Shown here: piece by piece, positions 35,746-45,489 of the stretch
Layout of the letters: the number at the start of each line of letters is the position of its first letter
Numbering within the stretch: position 1 is the stretch's first letter
Assembly (NCBI GenBank): GCA_038997355.1
Contig: JAWBAC010000004.1
Location: 1-54,947 of the forward strand
Length of the DNA stretch: 54,947 nt
Origin: Candidatus Aenigmatarchaeota archaeon
Lineage (GTDB): Archaea > Aenigmatarchaeota > Aenigmatarchaeia > CG10238-14 > SpSt-28
Direction: 5' to 3'
Notes under the pieces: model-generated
Told to the model about the DNA's origin: nothing
Databases searched by the model: none
What the model saw: the letters and a program-made list of their open reading frames with translations, nothing else
Position numbers and translations under genes: made by a program

Positions 35746-36939
35746 TCAGAAATTATATCGCAAAAACTTCTTAACAGCTTCTTTACTATCTGTCCAGAAA
35801 GCAATTTCTCTTACTTTCCATGCAATCATATTTGCAAGTTTTGGATCTATAGAATAAGATTTGATTATTGCTTCCTTCATTGTTTCGTCTAAATATATTT
35901 CAGCAAAAAACTCAAAACGATCTTCTCTTCTGGATACATAAGCAACATGTGCTAATATTTTTATAATTTCTTTTGCGATTTCTGGATTTGGACTATAAAC
36001 TTCTAAAATCTTTAGTGTTGATTCAATAGTTTTTTTAGATTTTATCCAATAAATAATCTCTTCTAATCCTATTTGAATTTCTTTCGCAATCTCTGGATTT
36101 TTATTGTAAATTTCAAAAATCCTTACTGCTGAATCAACAGTTTCTTCATTTTGTGTAATATAGGCAATCTTTCCTAAATTCTTTGCAATTCGTTGTGCAA
36201 ATACTTTACCTATAGAATAATATGAAGTAGTTATTAAATCTTTTACATTCTCCTTTGAATAGATTTTTCTTATGTACTCGACAAGTTCTTCACTTTGTGT
36301 TTCGTAAGCAACATTCCCTAATAAACCTACTATTGTTTGTGCAACTAGCGGAGTTTTATTATAATAACTTCTAAAAATTTCTATTGCTGATTTTACAGCT
36401 TCTTTGCTTTTTGTCCAAAGGGCAATCTTTACAAAATCTGATGCAATTTTTCCTGCATCTAGCAGGCTTCGAGTATAATTTTTTAAAATATCTGCTATTA
36501 ATTCAACAACATCTCCACTTTTTGTATAATAAGCAATTTTACCTAAATCCCATACAAATACTGCTGCGTGTTCTTGATCGTATAAACTCAATACTTCTTT
36601 TATTTTTTCTTTTAGAAAGATTTCAAGAAGAAATATAATATCTTCTTTACTTTTTGTTTCACTGGCAACATATGCTAATAACTCTACGATTGCTTTTACA
36701 ACTTTTGGGCGTAATATATAACTTCCTGAAATTTCTATTAATATATAATTTTTTAAAACCTCTATTAATAATTTCATAACTTCTTCATCATTAATCAAAT
36801 CTCTAATCTTCTCTAAATTTTCTCTAGTTTCTTTAATTGTTTCTGGCGTCATATATGCAAAAATTTTTTTAAGATCATAACTAAACAAATCTTCTATTAC
36901 TTTTTTTGTAGAATTAGCACCAGAATTTGTAATTTCCAT
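35746..36939 (-). CDS. helical tandem-repeat (alpha-solenoid-like) protein
   Basis: Eight copies of A..I...L..(I/V)A..T.S.E.V.....I. Likely start at ATG 36939. Confidence 0.75.
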   Translation of the reverse strand: MEITNSGANSTKKVIEDLFSYDLKKIFAYMTPETIKETRENLEKIRDLINDEEVMKLLIEVLKNYILIEISGSYILRPKVVKAIVELLAYVASETKSKEDIIFLLEIFLKEKIKEVLSLYDQEHAAVFVWDLGKIAYYTKSGDVVELIADILKNYTRSLLDAGKIASDFVKIALWTKSKEAVKSAIEIFRSYYNKTPLVAQTIVGLLGNVAYETQSEELVEYIRKIYSKENVKDLITTSYYSIGKVFAQRIAKNLGKIAYITQNEETVDSAVRIFEIYNKNPEIAKEIQIGLEEIIYWIKSKKTIESTLKILEVYSPNPEIAKEIIKILAHVAYVSRREDRFEFFAEIYLDETMKEAIIKSYSIDPKLANMIAWKVREIAFWTDSKEAVKKFLRYNF

Positions 36940-37050
36940 ATAATAGCAACTAATCTTTCTAGATAAATATTTATCGATGATAAACAAAGATATTAATAAT
37001 TTTGCCTAGAGAATAAAATTTTGGTATCTTCCATTTTTACACAATATATT

Positions 37051-37311
37051 AGTTTCCACTAATTTAGATCCTATTATTTCTTGTCTTTAATAATTAATTT
37101 TGTGCTTAGAAGCATAGCAATAACAACGATTATTCTATCATGCGACTCAGATATCCTTCTTCCACTAAATAAATATACTCAACAAGAACAATAGTTGGAA
37201 CAAAAATAACGTCTTTACCTTTTTCAACAGACAAAAATATATTATTAACTTTTTCGGTAATTTATCTAATAAATAGTAAATCCATGCATGTGTATCAACT
37301 ACATAAGACAT
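37051..37311 (-). pseudogene. vapC: VapC-like PIN toxin pseudogene
   Basis: Pieces in different frames: MSYVVDTHAWIYYLLDKLPK / VNNIFLSVEKGKDVIFVPTIVLVEYIYLVEEG / SHDRIIVVIAMLLSTKLIIKD / EIIGSKLVET. Confidence 0.82.
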
Positions 37312-37520
37312 CTCTATTTTTTTATATTTGAATTTTAACAATGAGTTTTTTGCGTTCTCAATTGATTTTTCGAGTTCTTCTTCTAAGACTAACAATTTTG
37401 CAATTCCCCTAAAAAAAATCAATTTTTGTTGAAGGAGTTGATCTAAATAAAATCAGATTTTTAATAATGTTGAATTTCTCTCTATATTATTTACTTTTTC
37501 GTCAGAGTTCTAAGCTTCAT
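37312..37520 (-). pseudogene. decayed antitoxin, possibly AbrB/MazE-like
   Basis: Fragments MKLRTLTKK*, REKFNI and FRGIAK...EELEKSIENAK directly upstream of the PIN pseudogene. Confidence 0.45.
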
Positions 37521-37639
37521 AATATAATAGAGTTATGCCTTCTCTTAGCTTTTATTTGCACATTTTAAATTTGAAAAGATCAAGAAACTTTTTATTACTT
37601 ATAAAGGGTTAAAAAATAAATAAATAGTCTTTTAAATTT

Positions 37640-38791
37640 ATGAAGGATTACGAAATAAATGAAATTAAAGTAAAAGCTTTTATAGCAATTGGTAAAGGAT
37701 ATTCCAGATTCATTAAGCCTAAGGAAGTTTTTCGCCATATATATGGAAGAGTAGATGGAGAAATACATCAAATAGTAATAAAGACTGATGGAGGTATTTT
37801 CACATTGCCAATTTTAGGTAGACAAGATCCGTTTTATCTTCAAGGAAGAACAAAATTTCCAGAAGCAATAATAGTAGTTAATGAAAATGGAAGGCCAGAA
37901 TTAAAGCTTGTAGAGTTTAGAATATACAATCCTTACGTTATTAGATATATAAATAACTTGATAAACAGGAAAAATAATAATATACCTTTAGTATCCATAC
38001 CAACGCAATTCTTAACTAATGATCTTTTATATATGTTAGGTACACCTAAAATACTTTGGAGATCTAAACCATATAACTATAATTTACCTATTTCATATGT
38101 AACAATCATTAAATTTGGTCATGAGATAAAACAAAAACCTATTTTTGAGTATAGCGATCTTAAATTAGCAAACGAACAATATAAATTATTTCAATTAGCA
38201 TTGCTTGATCTAGTTCCTCAAACAGCAATAACTTATATCATTTTTGGAGAAAATGAAAATGACAAAATAGATATGAGAGATTTTAATAAAAATCTTTTCT
38301 TTAATTCGCTTAGAGAACTTAAAGTTTCAGAAGAAGAAATAAGAGAAAGAAGTGGAATTGTTGCAGAAAAAGTGATGGAAAAAATTTTTAAAACATCTTG
38401 CAAACCAGGGGATTTAGGTTGGTATCAAATTAGCTATGATGAAAAGGAAGATGAAATTGTATTTTTTGACATAGCATCAGGAATTGAATGTATAAATCCA
38501 AATCTATCCGAAAAGCATACACAAAAAGCTCTCCAAAAATTACTTTTTTCAGCTCATTACGAATTAGATGAAAGTTTAGATATATTAGTAGAAAATGCAA
38601 ATTCTAAAGAAATAAAAGAAAAAGTTAGTAAAATAAGAAAAATTGTTAGAAAAGCAATAGGAAAAACATTTTCTGAGTATTATACTGAATCTAAGAAAAT
38701 ATCAAACTTTGAAAGAATTTATGAATTTCCTTCTGCTTGCATAGAAAGTGCTAAAAGATATTTAGAAAAATATAAAGTTTCTTCTAATTAG
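37640..38791 (+). CDS. hypothetical protein with a possible protein-kinase-like fold
   Basis: IGKGYS, IVIK, PGDLGWYQI and IVFFD occur in kinase-like order. Confidence 0.5.
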   Translation: MKDYEINEIKVKAFIAIGKGYSRFIKPKEVFRHIYGRVDGEIHQIVIKTDGGIFTLPILGRQDPFYLQGRTKFPEAIIVVNENGRPELKLVEFRIYNPYVIRYINNLINRKNNNIPLVSIPTQFLTNDLLYMLGTPKILWRSKPYNYNLPISYVTIIKFGHEIKQKPIFEYSDLKLANEQYKLFQLALLDLVPQTAITYIIFGENENDKIDMRDFNKNLFFNSLRELKVSEEEIRERSGIVAEKVMEKIFKTSCKPGDLGWYQISYDEKEDEIVFFDIASGIECINPNLSEKHTQKALQKLLFSAHYELDESLDILVENANSKEIKEKVSKIRKIVRKAIGKTFSEYYTESKKISNFERIYEFPSACIESAKRYLEKYKVSSN

Positions 38792-38795
38792 TTTT

Positions 38796-38936
38796 ATGGA
38801 AAGTAAAGAGATAGAAATTTTGTTGAAAAAATATAAAATTCTAAAAGAAATTGCAAAGTTTTTAAAAGTAGAAGAAGACAAAATATTAAACACTCTAAAA
38901 AGATTTAAAAGCGAAATAGAAGAAGCGAAAAAATAA
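38796..38936 (+). CDS. 46-aa helical protein resembling the AlaRS C-terminal linker
   Basis: MESKEIEILLKKYKILKEIAKFLKVEEDKILNTLKRFKSEIEEAKK*. Fills the gap up to tyrS. Not in the ORF track. Confidence 0.6.
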   Translation: MESKEIEILLKKYKILKEIAKFLKVEEDKILNTLKRFKSEIEEAKK

Positions 38937-38940
38937 TAAA

Positions 38941-40041
38941 TTATCTTGTTATTTGTGCATTTTTAACTATTTCATACAACTCTCTTGCTTTCCCTTTTTC
39001 GAAATGACTTCTTATTGGCTCTAAGATTTCGTTTAAATATTCGATTACAGCATTTTTCAGATCGAGAGGATGCAATTTACCTTCTAAATAAATTTTTTCT
39101 AGTTCTTCATAACTCAAAACTTCTAAGTTTCCACCATATTTTTCTTCTCTTTTTATTATCATTCTATCAAATTTTCTGAAAATTATATATTTGCAGATTT
39201 CTAGAATAGGATTTAATTCTGCTTGTTTTGGAGGACAATATGCATTCATTATTTTTCTTTTTATGTCTTCATAGCCATCGTGAATAAATATTGCAGTTTC
39301 TGGTTTGCTTTTACTCATTTTAAAAGAAATTTGTTGATTAATTCTTTCATCTTCATCGAATTTTCCCATTCTTTCTCCTGCTTGCAAACCTAATAATAGA
39401 TGATGATGAATAGCAATAGGTTTTTTCCTTCCTAAAACCTCTGCAACTTCTCTAGCTAACATATTTGCTTTTCTTTGATCCATGCCTAATTGACAAATAT
39501 CAACTCCTTGCTTATTATTAAGCATAAAGATGTCTGTAACTTGCATTAATGGATAAATAAGTAAGCTTGGATTTTTAACTTCGATACTTTCTCTACCTGC
39601 GATAGTTACAGCTCTTTTAACTCTATTAATTGTTACTGATTTGGAAATTTTTAAAAACGTTTCCCAATATTCACTATCTTTTATTAATTCGCTATTCCAA
39701 ACAAATTCAACTTTATCAACTTTCATTCCACAAGCTTTCCAACCTTCAATAAAATATTCTCCAGCTTTTTTTATTAATTCTATATTTCCTCCAAATTTAT
39801 TGTTCAAAAACGCAAACCAATCAGCTATGTAAATTATAAATCTTATTCCTGCTTCGATAAAATCATTGGTTTTTATTGCTCTTAATACTCCGCTACCTAA
39901 ATGCATTAATCCGCTTGGTTCAAATCCGTCGTATGCAACTATATCTTTTTTTGTTTGTAAAAGTTCAATTAATTCTTTTTCTGTAATTATTTCTTCGGTT
40001 GGAGGTAATTTGATTAATTTTAATCTCTCCTCTAAATCCAT
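38941..40041 (-). CDS. tyrS: tyrosyl-tRNA synthetase
   Basis: YDGFEPSG.MHLG, YPLMQ..DI, GMDQRK, KMSKS, LHP.DLK. Confidence 0.97.
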   Translation of the reverse strand: MDLEERLKLIKLPPTEEIITEKELIELLQTKKDIVAYDGFEPSGLMHLGSGVLRAIKTNDFIEAGIRFIIYIADWFAFLNNKFGGNIELIKKAGEYFIEGWKACGMKVDKVEFVWNSELIKDSEYWETFLKISKSVTINRVKRAVTIAGRESIEVKNPSLLIYPLMQVTDIFMLNNKQGVDICQLGMDQRKANMLAREVAEVLGRKKPIAIHHHLLLGLQAGERMGKFDEDERINQQISFKMSKSKPETAIFIHDGYEDIKRKIMNAYCPPKQAELNPILEICKYIIFRKFDRMIIKREEKYGGNLEVLSYEELEKIYLEGKLHPLDLKNAVIEYLNEILEPIRSHFEKGKARELYEIVKNAQITR

Positions 40042-40066
40042 AAAATTGATAAAATCTAAAAAATTT

Positions 40067-41098
40067 ATGGACGCATTAGAATATTTAGATGAAAATTATA
40101 TACCAGAAAATTTGCCATTCAGAGAAAATCAAATTAAAATAATTAAAGAGAAAATAGAAAAATATAGCAGAGGACTTAATCCTAGCTATCTTTTGATTTT
40201 TGGAAGTAGTGGCTTAGGAAAAACAGCTTGCGTAAAATTTGTATTTAAAAATCTTTACATACAAAATGTCAAATTTGTTTATGTAAACTCTTTTTTGTAC
40301 AATAGCTTAAATTCTTTATTAGTTAAAATTGCTGAAGAATTAAAGTTAGGAATAAATTTTAAAGGTTATTCAAACGAAGATATAATAAATTTAATTTTTG
40401 GTAATTTAAAAAATACAAATTCGAAATTAGTTGTTTGCATTGATGAAATAGATAAAATGAAAGATCTGAATGAGACATTATATATATTTACCAGAACTTC
40501 CTCGCTACTAAATTATCAGCCTTATTTAATTCTGATTTCTAACACAAAAGATTTCATTTTAAACTTAGATCAAAGAGTTTTAAGTTCATTAGTTTTCGAT
40601 GAATTAGAATTTAAGCCTTATACTCTTGAGCAGCTAAAAGTGATTGCTGAAGAAAGAATTAAACCAATTTTTGGAAATAATTACGATAAAGCTGTTTTAA
40701 CTTTAATTGCTAGCGAATGTTATAATCAAGGAAGTGATGTAAGAGTAATTCTAAAAATTTTAAGAAAAGCTATAGAAATATTAGAAGAAAGGGGAGAAAA
40801 TAGATTAAGCATAGAAGTTGTAAAAGAGGTTATTAAAAGTTTTCAAAGAAAAATTCCAAAAGCAGAACTAAAAGATATTGAAATAAAAGACGAAAGACAA
40901 AAAGAAATTTTAGAAATTCTTAAAAATAGAGGAAAAGAATATACTTCAGAATTATTTAAAATCATTAATCAAAAATATGGAATTAAAAAAAGAATGTTCA
41001 ATTATTTAATGAAAGATTTAATAAACAAAGGGCTAATAGAAATAAAAAGAGAAAAAGGAATTAAGGGGAGTAAATTTATTGCATACTTAAAGGCTTAA
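40067..41098 (+). CDS. cdc6: Cdc6/Orc1-family AAA+ ATPase
   Basis: L...YIPE.LPFRE.QI, GSSGLGKT, IDEID, ISN, LD.RV.SSL, F.PY, C-terminal winged helix. Start at ATG 40067. Confidence 0.88.
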   Translation: MDALEYLDENYIPENLPFRENQIKIIKEKIEKYSRGLNPSYLLIFGSSGLGKTACVKFVFKNLYIQNVKFVYVNSFLYNSLNSLLVKIAEELKLGINFKGYSNEDIINLIFGNLKNTNSKLVVCIDEIDKMKDLNETLYIFTRTSSLLNYQPYLILISNTKDFILNLDQRVLSSLVFDELEFKPYTLEQLKVIAEERIKPIFGNNYDKAVLTLIASECYNQGSDVRVILKILRKAIEILEERGENRLSIEVVKEVIKSFQRKIPKAELKDIEIKDERQKEILEILKNRGKEYTSELFKIINQKYGIKKRMFNYLMKDLINKGLIEIKREKGIKGSKFIAYLKA

Positions 41099-41120
41099 AA
41101 TAGTTTTTCTAAGCATTTTT

Positions 41121-42857
41121 ATGGAATTAAGAGCACCCATAATTACACTAATGGGCCATATAGATCACGGAAAAACTTCTTTAGCAGATGCAATAAGAAA
41201 TTCTGTTGTTGCTCAAAAAGAACCAGGTCAAATTACTCAACATATATCTTCGACATTTATACCTAAAAATGTTATAGAAAAGATTTGTGGAAATTTATTA
41301 AAGCAGTTTAAATTCGAAATAAAGTTTAACGGAATTTTAATTATAGATACTCCTGGACATGCTGCATTTGTTCATTTGAGAAAGAGAGGTGCAAATATTT
41401 CTGATTTAGCAGTTTTAGTTATTGATATTATAGAAGGTATAAAAGAACAAACAGAGGAATGTTTAAAAATTTTAAAAGAATACAATTTGCCATTTTTAAT
41501 TGCTTTAAATAAAATAGATAGATTACCGAATTGGAAAAATTCAAATTCTTTATCATTTTTAGAAAGTATAAAAATTCAAAATCAAGATACATTATTCGAA
41601 TTAGACAGAAGATTGTATGAAATTGTTGCAAAATTATATGAATATGGATTTAATTCAGAAAGGTTTGATAGAGTTACAGATTTTAAATCTCAAATACCAA
41701 TAATTCCTATATCTGCAAAAACTAAAGAAGGATTAGCAGAATTATTATTAATAATTAGTGGATTAGCTCAGATATTTTTAAAAGATAAACTTTATATTTC
41801 CAAAGAAGGAAAGGGGATAATTTTAGAAATAAGAGAACAAAAAGGTTTAGGAATTGTTGCTGATTGTATATTATATGATGGAATTTTAGAAAAAGGAAAT
41901 TATATAGTAATTGCTCATGAAGAACCAATAGTTACTAAAGTAAAGTTCATAATGATGCCAAAAGAATTAAAAGATTTGAGATATGAAAAAGAATTTGTCT
42001 ATGTAGATAAAGTTGTTGCATCTAGTGGAATAAGAATATTTGCAGAAAATTTAGAAAATGTTATTGCTGGTAGCGAATTTAGAGTTGCCAAGGATGAGAA
42101 AGAAATAGAAAAATATAAAAATGAATTAAAAACAGAATTTAAAGAAATAATATTCAAAAGAGAAGAAGATGGAATAATAATTAAAGCAGATACTTTAGGA
42201 AGTTTAGAAGCTTTGATAAATATTTTTTCCCAATCTAAAATTCCAATCAAAAAAACTGGAGTTGGAAAACTAAAAAGAGAAGATATTTTAGAATTTGATT
42301 TAATTAAAGATGAAAAATATAAGATATTAGTTCTTTTTAATGTAGAAATTGATGAAGAAACAGAAAAAATTTTAAACGAGAAGAAAGTAAAAATTTTTAA
42401 GTCTAATGTAATTTATAGATTGATAGAAGAGGTAGATAAATATCTAAAGGAACAAAAAGAGAAAGAAGTTCAGATAATGCTATCTAAAATTAATCGACCT
42501 GCAATAATAAAAGTTTTGAAAGGTTACATATTTAGAAGAAGCGATCCTGCAATATTCGGAATAGAAGTTTTGAAAGGTTGTTTATATAAAGGAACTAAAT
42601 TGAAAAGGGAAAAAGATGGAAAAGAGGTTGGAATCGTTAACGATATTCAAAAAGAAAATAGAAGTATCGAATTTGCAAAAAGAGGCGAAAAAGTTGCAAT
42701 AAGCATTCAAAATGCTATCGTAGGTAGAACGTTTGATGAAGATGATATTTTAATTTCTGATTTAACAAAAGAAGATGTAGAAGTTTTGAGAAAATACTTT
42801 GAATACTTAAGTGAAGACGAAAAAGAATTGCTTAAAGAATGGAAGATAATTCAATGA
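41121..42857 (+). CDS. infB: translation initiation factor aIF5B (IF-2)
   Basis: GHIDHGKT, G.ITQHI, DTPGH, NKID, KADTLGSLEAL. Confidence 0.97.
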   Translation: MELRAPIITLMGHIDHGKTSLADAIRNSVVAQKEPGQITQHISSTFIPKNVIEKICGNLLKQFKFEIKFNGILIIDTPGHAAFVHLRKRGANISDLAVLVIDIIEGIKEQTEECLKILKEYNLPFLIALNKIDRLPNWKNSNSLSFLESIKIQNQDTLFELDRRLYEIVAKLYEYGFNSERFDRVTDFKSQIPIIPISAKTKEGLAELLLIISGLAQIFLKDKLYISKEGKGIILEIREQKGLGIVADCILYDGILEKGNYIVIAHEEPIVTKVKFIMMPKELKDLRYEKEFVYVDKVVASSGIRIFAENLENVIAGSEFRVAKDEKEIEKYKNELKTEFKEIIFKREEDGIIIKADTLGSLEALINIFSQSKIPIKKTGVGKLKREDILEFDLIKDEKYKILVLFNVEIDEETEKILNEKKVKIFKSNVIYRLIEEVDKYLKEQKEKEVQIMLSKINRPAIIKVLKGYIFRRSDPAIFGIEVLKGCLYKGTKLKREKDGKEVGIVNDIQKENRSIEFAKRGEKVAISIQNAIVGRTFDEDDILISDLTKEDVEVLRKYFEYLSEDEKELLKEWKIIQ

Positions 42858-43432
42858 AAATAAAGGTTTATATAATTGATGTTGATGGAACTTTAATACC
42901 AATATCGCCACTTTTTAAGCTTATAAAAAAGTATAAGCTTGATGATGTGATATTTTACCCAAACAGAAACTATCATAGATTCAACAATCCAACAATTAAA
43001 AAGTTTTTATATGTGCTTGGAGATTTTATATCTCATGCTATATCTTTTTTAGCATATAACTTCATAAATAAAGGAGATAGAGAATATTACAGAAAATTAT
43101 TTAAAAGAGTTGCAGAGTTATCAAAAAAAGATAATGTACTAATAATTATAGTTTCTAGGTCTTATACTGCAAAATTTGCTTTTTCTGATATAATAAACAA
43201 TGGTCAAAAAAGGAAAATTATGTACTATACAATTTTTGGCAAACAAAAGAAGGAATTTTTAAAAAGGATATCGAACTATTTTCAAAATAAAGAAAATGTA
43301 GAAGTAATAATTTTCGAAGATAATCCAAACGAAGTTGAAGAAATTAATGATTCTAATAAAATCAAAAAGTTTTTAGTAGATGATCCAAAAGAAACATACC
43401 ACAAACTTGTATTAGAATTGTATGGCAAATAA
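42854..43432 (+). CDS. divergent HAD-fold protein
   Basis: IIDVDGTL, IVSR, K and FEDN..E motifs. ATGA overlap with infB. Confidence 0.65.
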   Translation: MKIKVYIIDVDGTLIPISPLFKLIKKYKLDDVIFYPNRNYHRFNNPTIKKFLYVLGDFISHAISFLAYNFINKGDREYYRKLFKRVAELSKKDNVLIIIVSRSYTAKFAFSDIINNGQKRKIMYYTIFGKQKKEFLKRISNYFQNKENVEVIIFEDNPNEVEEINDSNKIKKFLVDDPKETYHKLVLELYGK

Positions 43433-44042
43433 TTTAAAAGAATTAGCAGATAAATTGGTTTCTGTTGGAATAATAAAGAGAAAAGAAGTTTATGATACAT
43501 TTCTAAAAATTGATAGAAAAGATTTCGTTCCAGATGAATTAAAAGATTTAGCATATGTAGATATGCCTTTACCTATTTCAAAAGATGCAACAATTTCAGC
43601 ACCACATATGCATGCAATCTATTTAGAAGAATTAGAATTAAAAGAAAACGATAAATTTTTAGAAATAGGTTTTGGTTCTGGAATTCTCTTGGCATATGCA
43701 TATGAAATAACAAAAAGAGAAGTTTATGGAATTGAAATAGATAAAGATGTTTTTGAATTTGGAAAGAAAAATTTAGAAAAAACTGGATATTTAAACAAAT
43801 GTAAAATATTTCTTCGAGATGGTAAGTATGGATTAAAAGAATATGCACCTTTTGATAAAATTGCCATAAGTGCTGCGTGTAAAGAAATTTCTAATCATTG
43901 GATTGAACAATTAAACAATAATGGTATTCTTCTTGTTCCATTAATAGAAAACGACACTCAAAAATTATACAAAATAATTAAACGAGATAAAAAGATAGAA
44001 AAAAAGTATATTTGTGATGTGGCTTTTGTAGAGATAAAATAA
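43422..44042 (+). CDS. pcm: protein-L-isoaspartate O-methyltransferase
   Basis: R..FVP......AY.D.PLPI, TISAPHM, LEIG.GSG, APFDKI. Confidence 0.93.
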   Translation: MANNLKELADKLVSVGIIKRKEVYDTFLKIDRKDFVPDELKDLAYVDMPLPISKDATISAPHMHAIYLEELELKENDKFLEIGFGSGILLAYAYEITKREVYGIEIDKDVFEFGKKNLEKTGYLNKCKIFLRDGKYGLKEYAPFDKIAISAACKEISNHWIEQLNNNGILLVPLIENDTQKLYKIIKRDKKIEKKYICDVAFVEIK

Positions 44043-44043
44043 A

Positions 44044-45345
44044 CTATCTTTTCAAATATTCCAAAACTTCTTCTAAGCTAGCTCTAATTTTTTCTCTAGT
44101 TTCTAAGTTTTGAAGAGTTAATTTATTTTCTTTTTCTTCTTCTTTCCCAAAAATTATTGCATATTTTATTCCTCTGCTTGATAAATCTTTTATTCCTTCT
44201 AGTATGTTTTTATATGGTTCAAAAGGTAAATATGTATTTATTTCGTTGCTTCTTATTTTTTCAACTATTTCTAAAACTTTTTTAATGTTAACATCGCTAG
44301 TATAAACTATTCCTACTTTAACATAAGTTTTTTCATCTAACTTAAAAATTCCTAACTCTAATCCAGCATCTATTAATCTTTCAATACCAATCGAACCTCC
44401 AACAGCAGGAATACTTTTATCAATGAAAATTCCAATGAGATTATCATATCTTCCCCCACCAGCTAAACTACCAATTTTTGGTTCGTTAACAATTGCTTCA
44501 AATATCATAGCTGTATAATAATCCAAACCTCTAACTAAAGATAAATCGATCTTTATTCTTTCTGAATTTTTAACATACTCAAGAATTTTTTCCAAAGAAT
44601 TTAATCCTTCAGAAACATTCTTTTGGTTAAACTTTTTTAAAAATTCCAAAATTTCTTCGTTTTTCATTTCAGAAGTTTCTAATAATTCTTCTACCTTCTT
44701 TAAATTTTGTTCGGAAAGTTTTAAACTCTTTAATTCTTCCAAAACTTTTTCTTTTCCAATTTTATCTAATTTATCTATAGTTCTATAGATTTTTAAAAGT
44801 GTGTTATCATCTCTTATACCTAATGACTCTTCAAAAATTCCCTTTAAAATTCTTCTGTCATTTAATTTAATTGTGTAATTTTTGAAACCAAAAGATTCAA
44901 AAACATCTATAACTACACTTAATATTTCGACATCAGCCAATATAGAATTGCTACCAACAATATCAACATCACATTGCCAAAATTCTCTATATCTCCCTTT
45001 TTGTGGTTCTTCGTATCTAAAAACTCTACCAATATGATATCTTTTGAATGGTAATTTAGGTCTAAACCTTGCTACAAATCTAGCCAAAGGAACAGTTAAA
45101 TCGTATCTCAATCCAAATTCTTTATCGCTATATGGCAATTTAAATCTCCATATCAATTTATTTTCAACTTCTTCACCATATTTTCCTGCTAAAGTTTCAA
45201 ATTTTTCAACTATTGGAGTTTCAATAGGATCAAAGCCATATTTTTGAAATATTCTTTCGATTTTTGAAAAAACTTTCTTTCTTAAAATTTCTACCTCTGG
45301 AGGAAAATCTCTAAAACCTTTTGGAGGTAAAAAATCTTTGCTCAT
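44044..45345 (-). CDS. hisS: histidyl-tRNA synthetase
   Basis: LRYDLTVPLAR, GRYREFWQCD, LVRGLDYYT, GGGRYD. Confidence 0.97.
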   Translation of the reverse strand: MSKDFLPPKGFRDFPPEVEILRKKVFSKIERIFQKYGFDPIETPIVEKFETLAGKYGEEVENKLIWRFKLPYSDKEFGLRYDLTVPLARFVARFRPKLPFKRYHIGRVFRYEEPQKGRYREFWQCDVDIVGSNSILADVEILSVVIDVFESFGFKNYTIKLNDRRILKGIFEESLGIRDDNTLLKIYRTIDKLDKIGKEKVLEELKSLKLSEQNLKKVEELLETSEMKNEEILEFLKKFNQKNVSEGLNSLEKILEYVKNSERIKIDLSLVRGLDYYTAMIFEAIVNEPKIGSLAGGGRYDNLIGIFIDKSIPAVGGSIGIERLIDAGLELGIFKLDEKTYVKVGIVYTSDVNIKKVLEIVEKIRSNEINTYLPFEPYKNILEGIKDLSSRGIKYAIIFGKEEEKENKLTLQNLETREKIRASLEEVLEYLKR

Positions 45346-45379
45346 ATTTATAATTAGCTTGAAAAAATTTATCCAATTT

Positions 45380-45452
45380 TGGGCCCGGCGGGATTCGAAC
45401 CCGCGACCTACCGGTTAAGAGCCGGTCGCTCTACCAACTGAGCTACGGGCCC
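45380..45452 (-). tRNA. tRNA-Lys(CUU)
   Basis: Reverse complement GGGCCCG...ACCGG-CT-CTT-AA-CCGGT...GGTTCGAATCC...CGGGCCCA. Confidence 0.96.
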
Positions 45453-45489
45453 AACATAATAAATGAAAAAATTAAAAAATCTTATTTAA

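Noticed and set aside
40042-40066. Replication origin next to cdc6
   Set aside because: Only 25 nt upstream and 22 nt downstream of the gene, with no ORB motifs.
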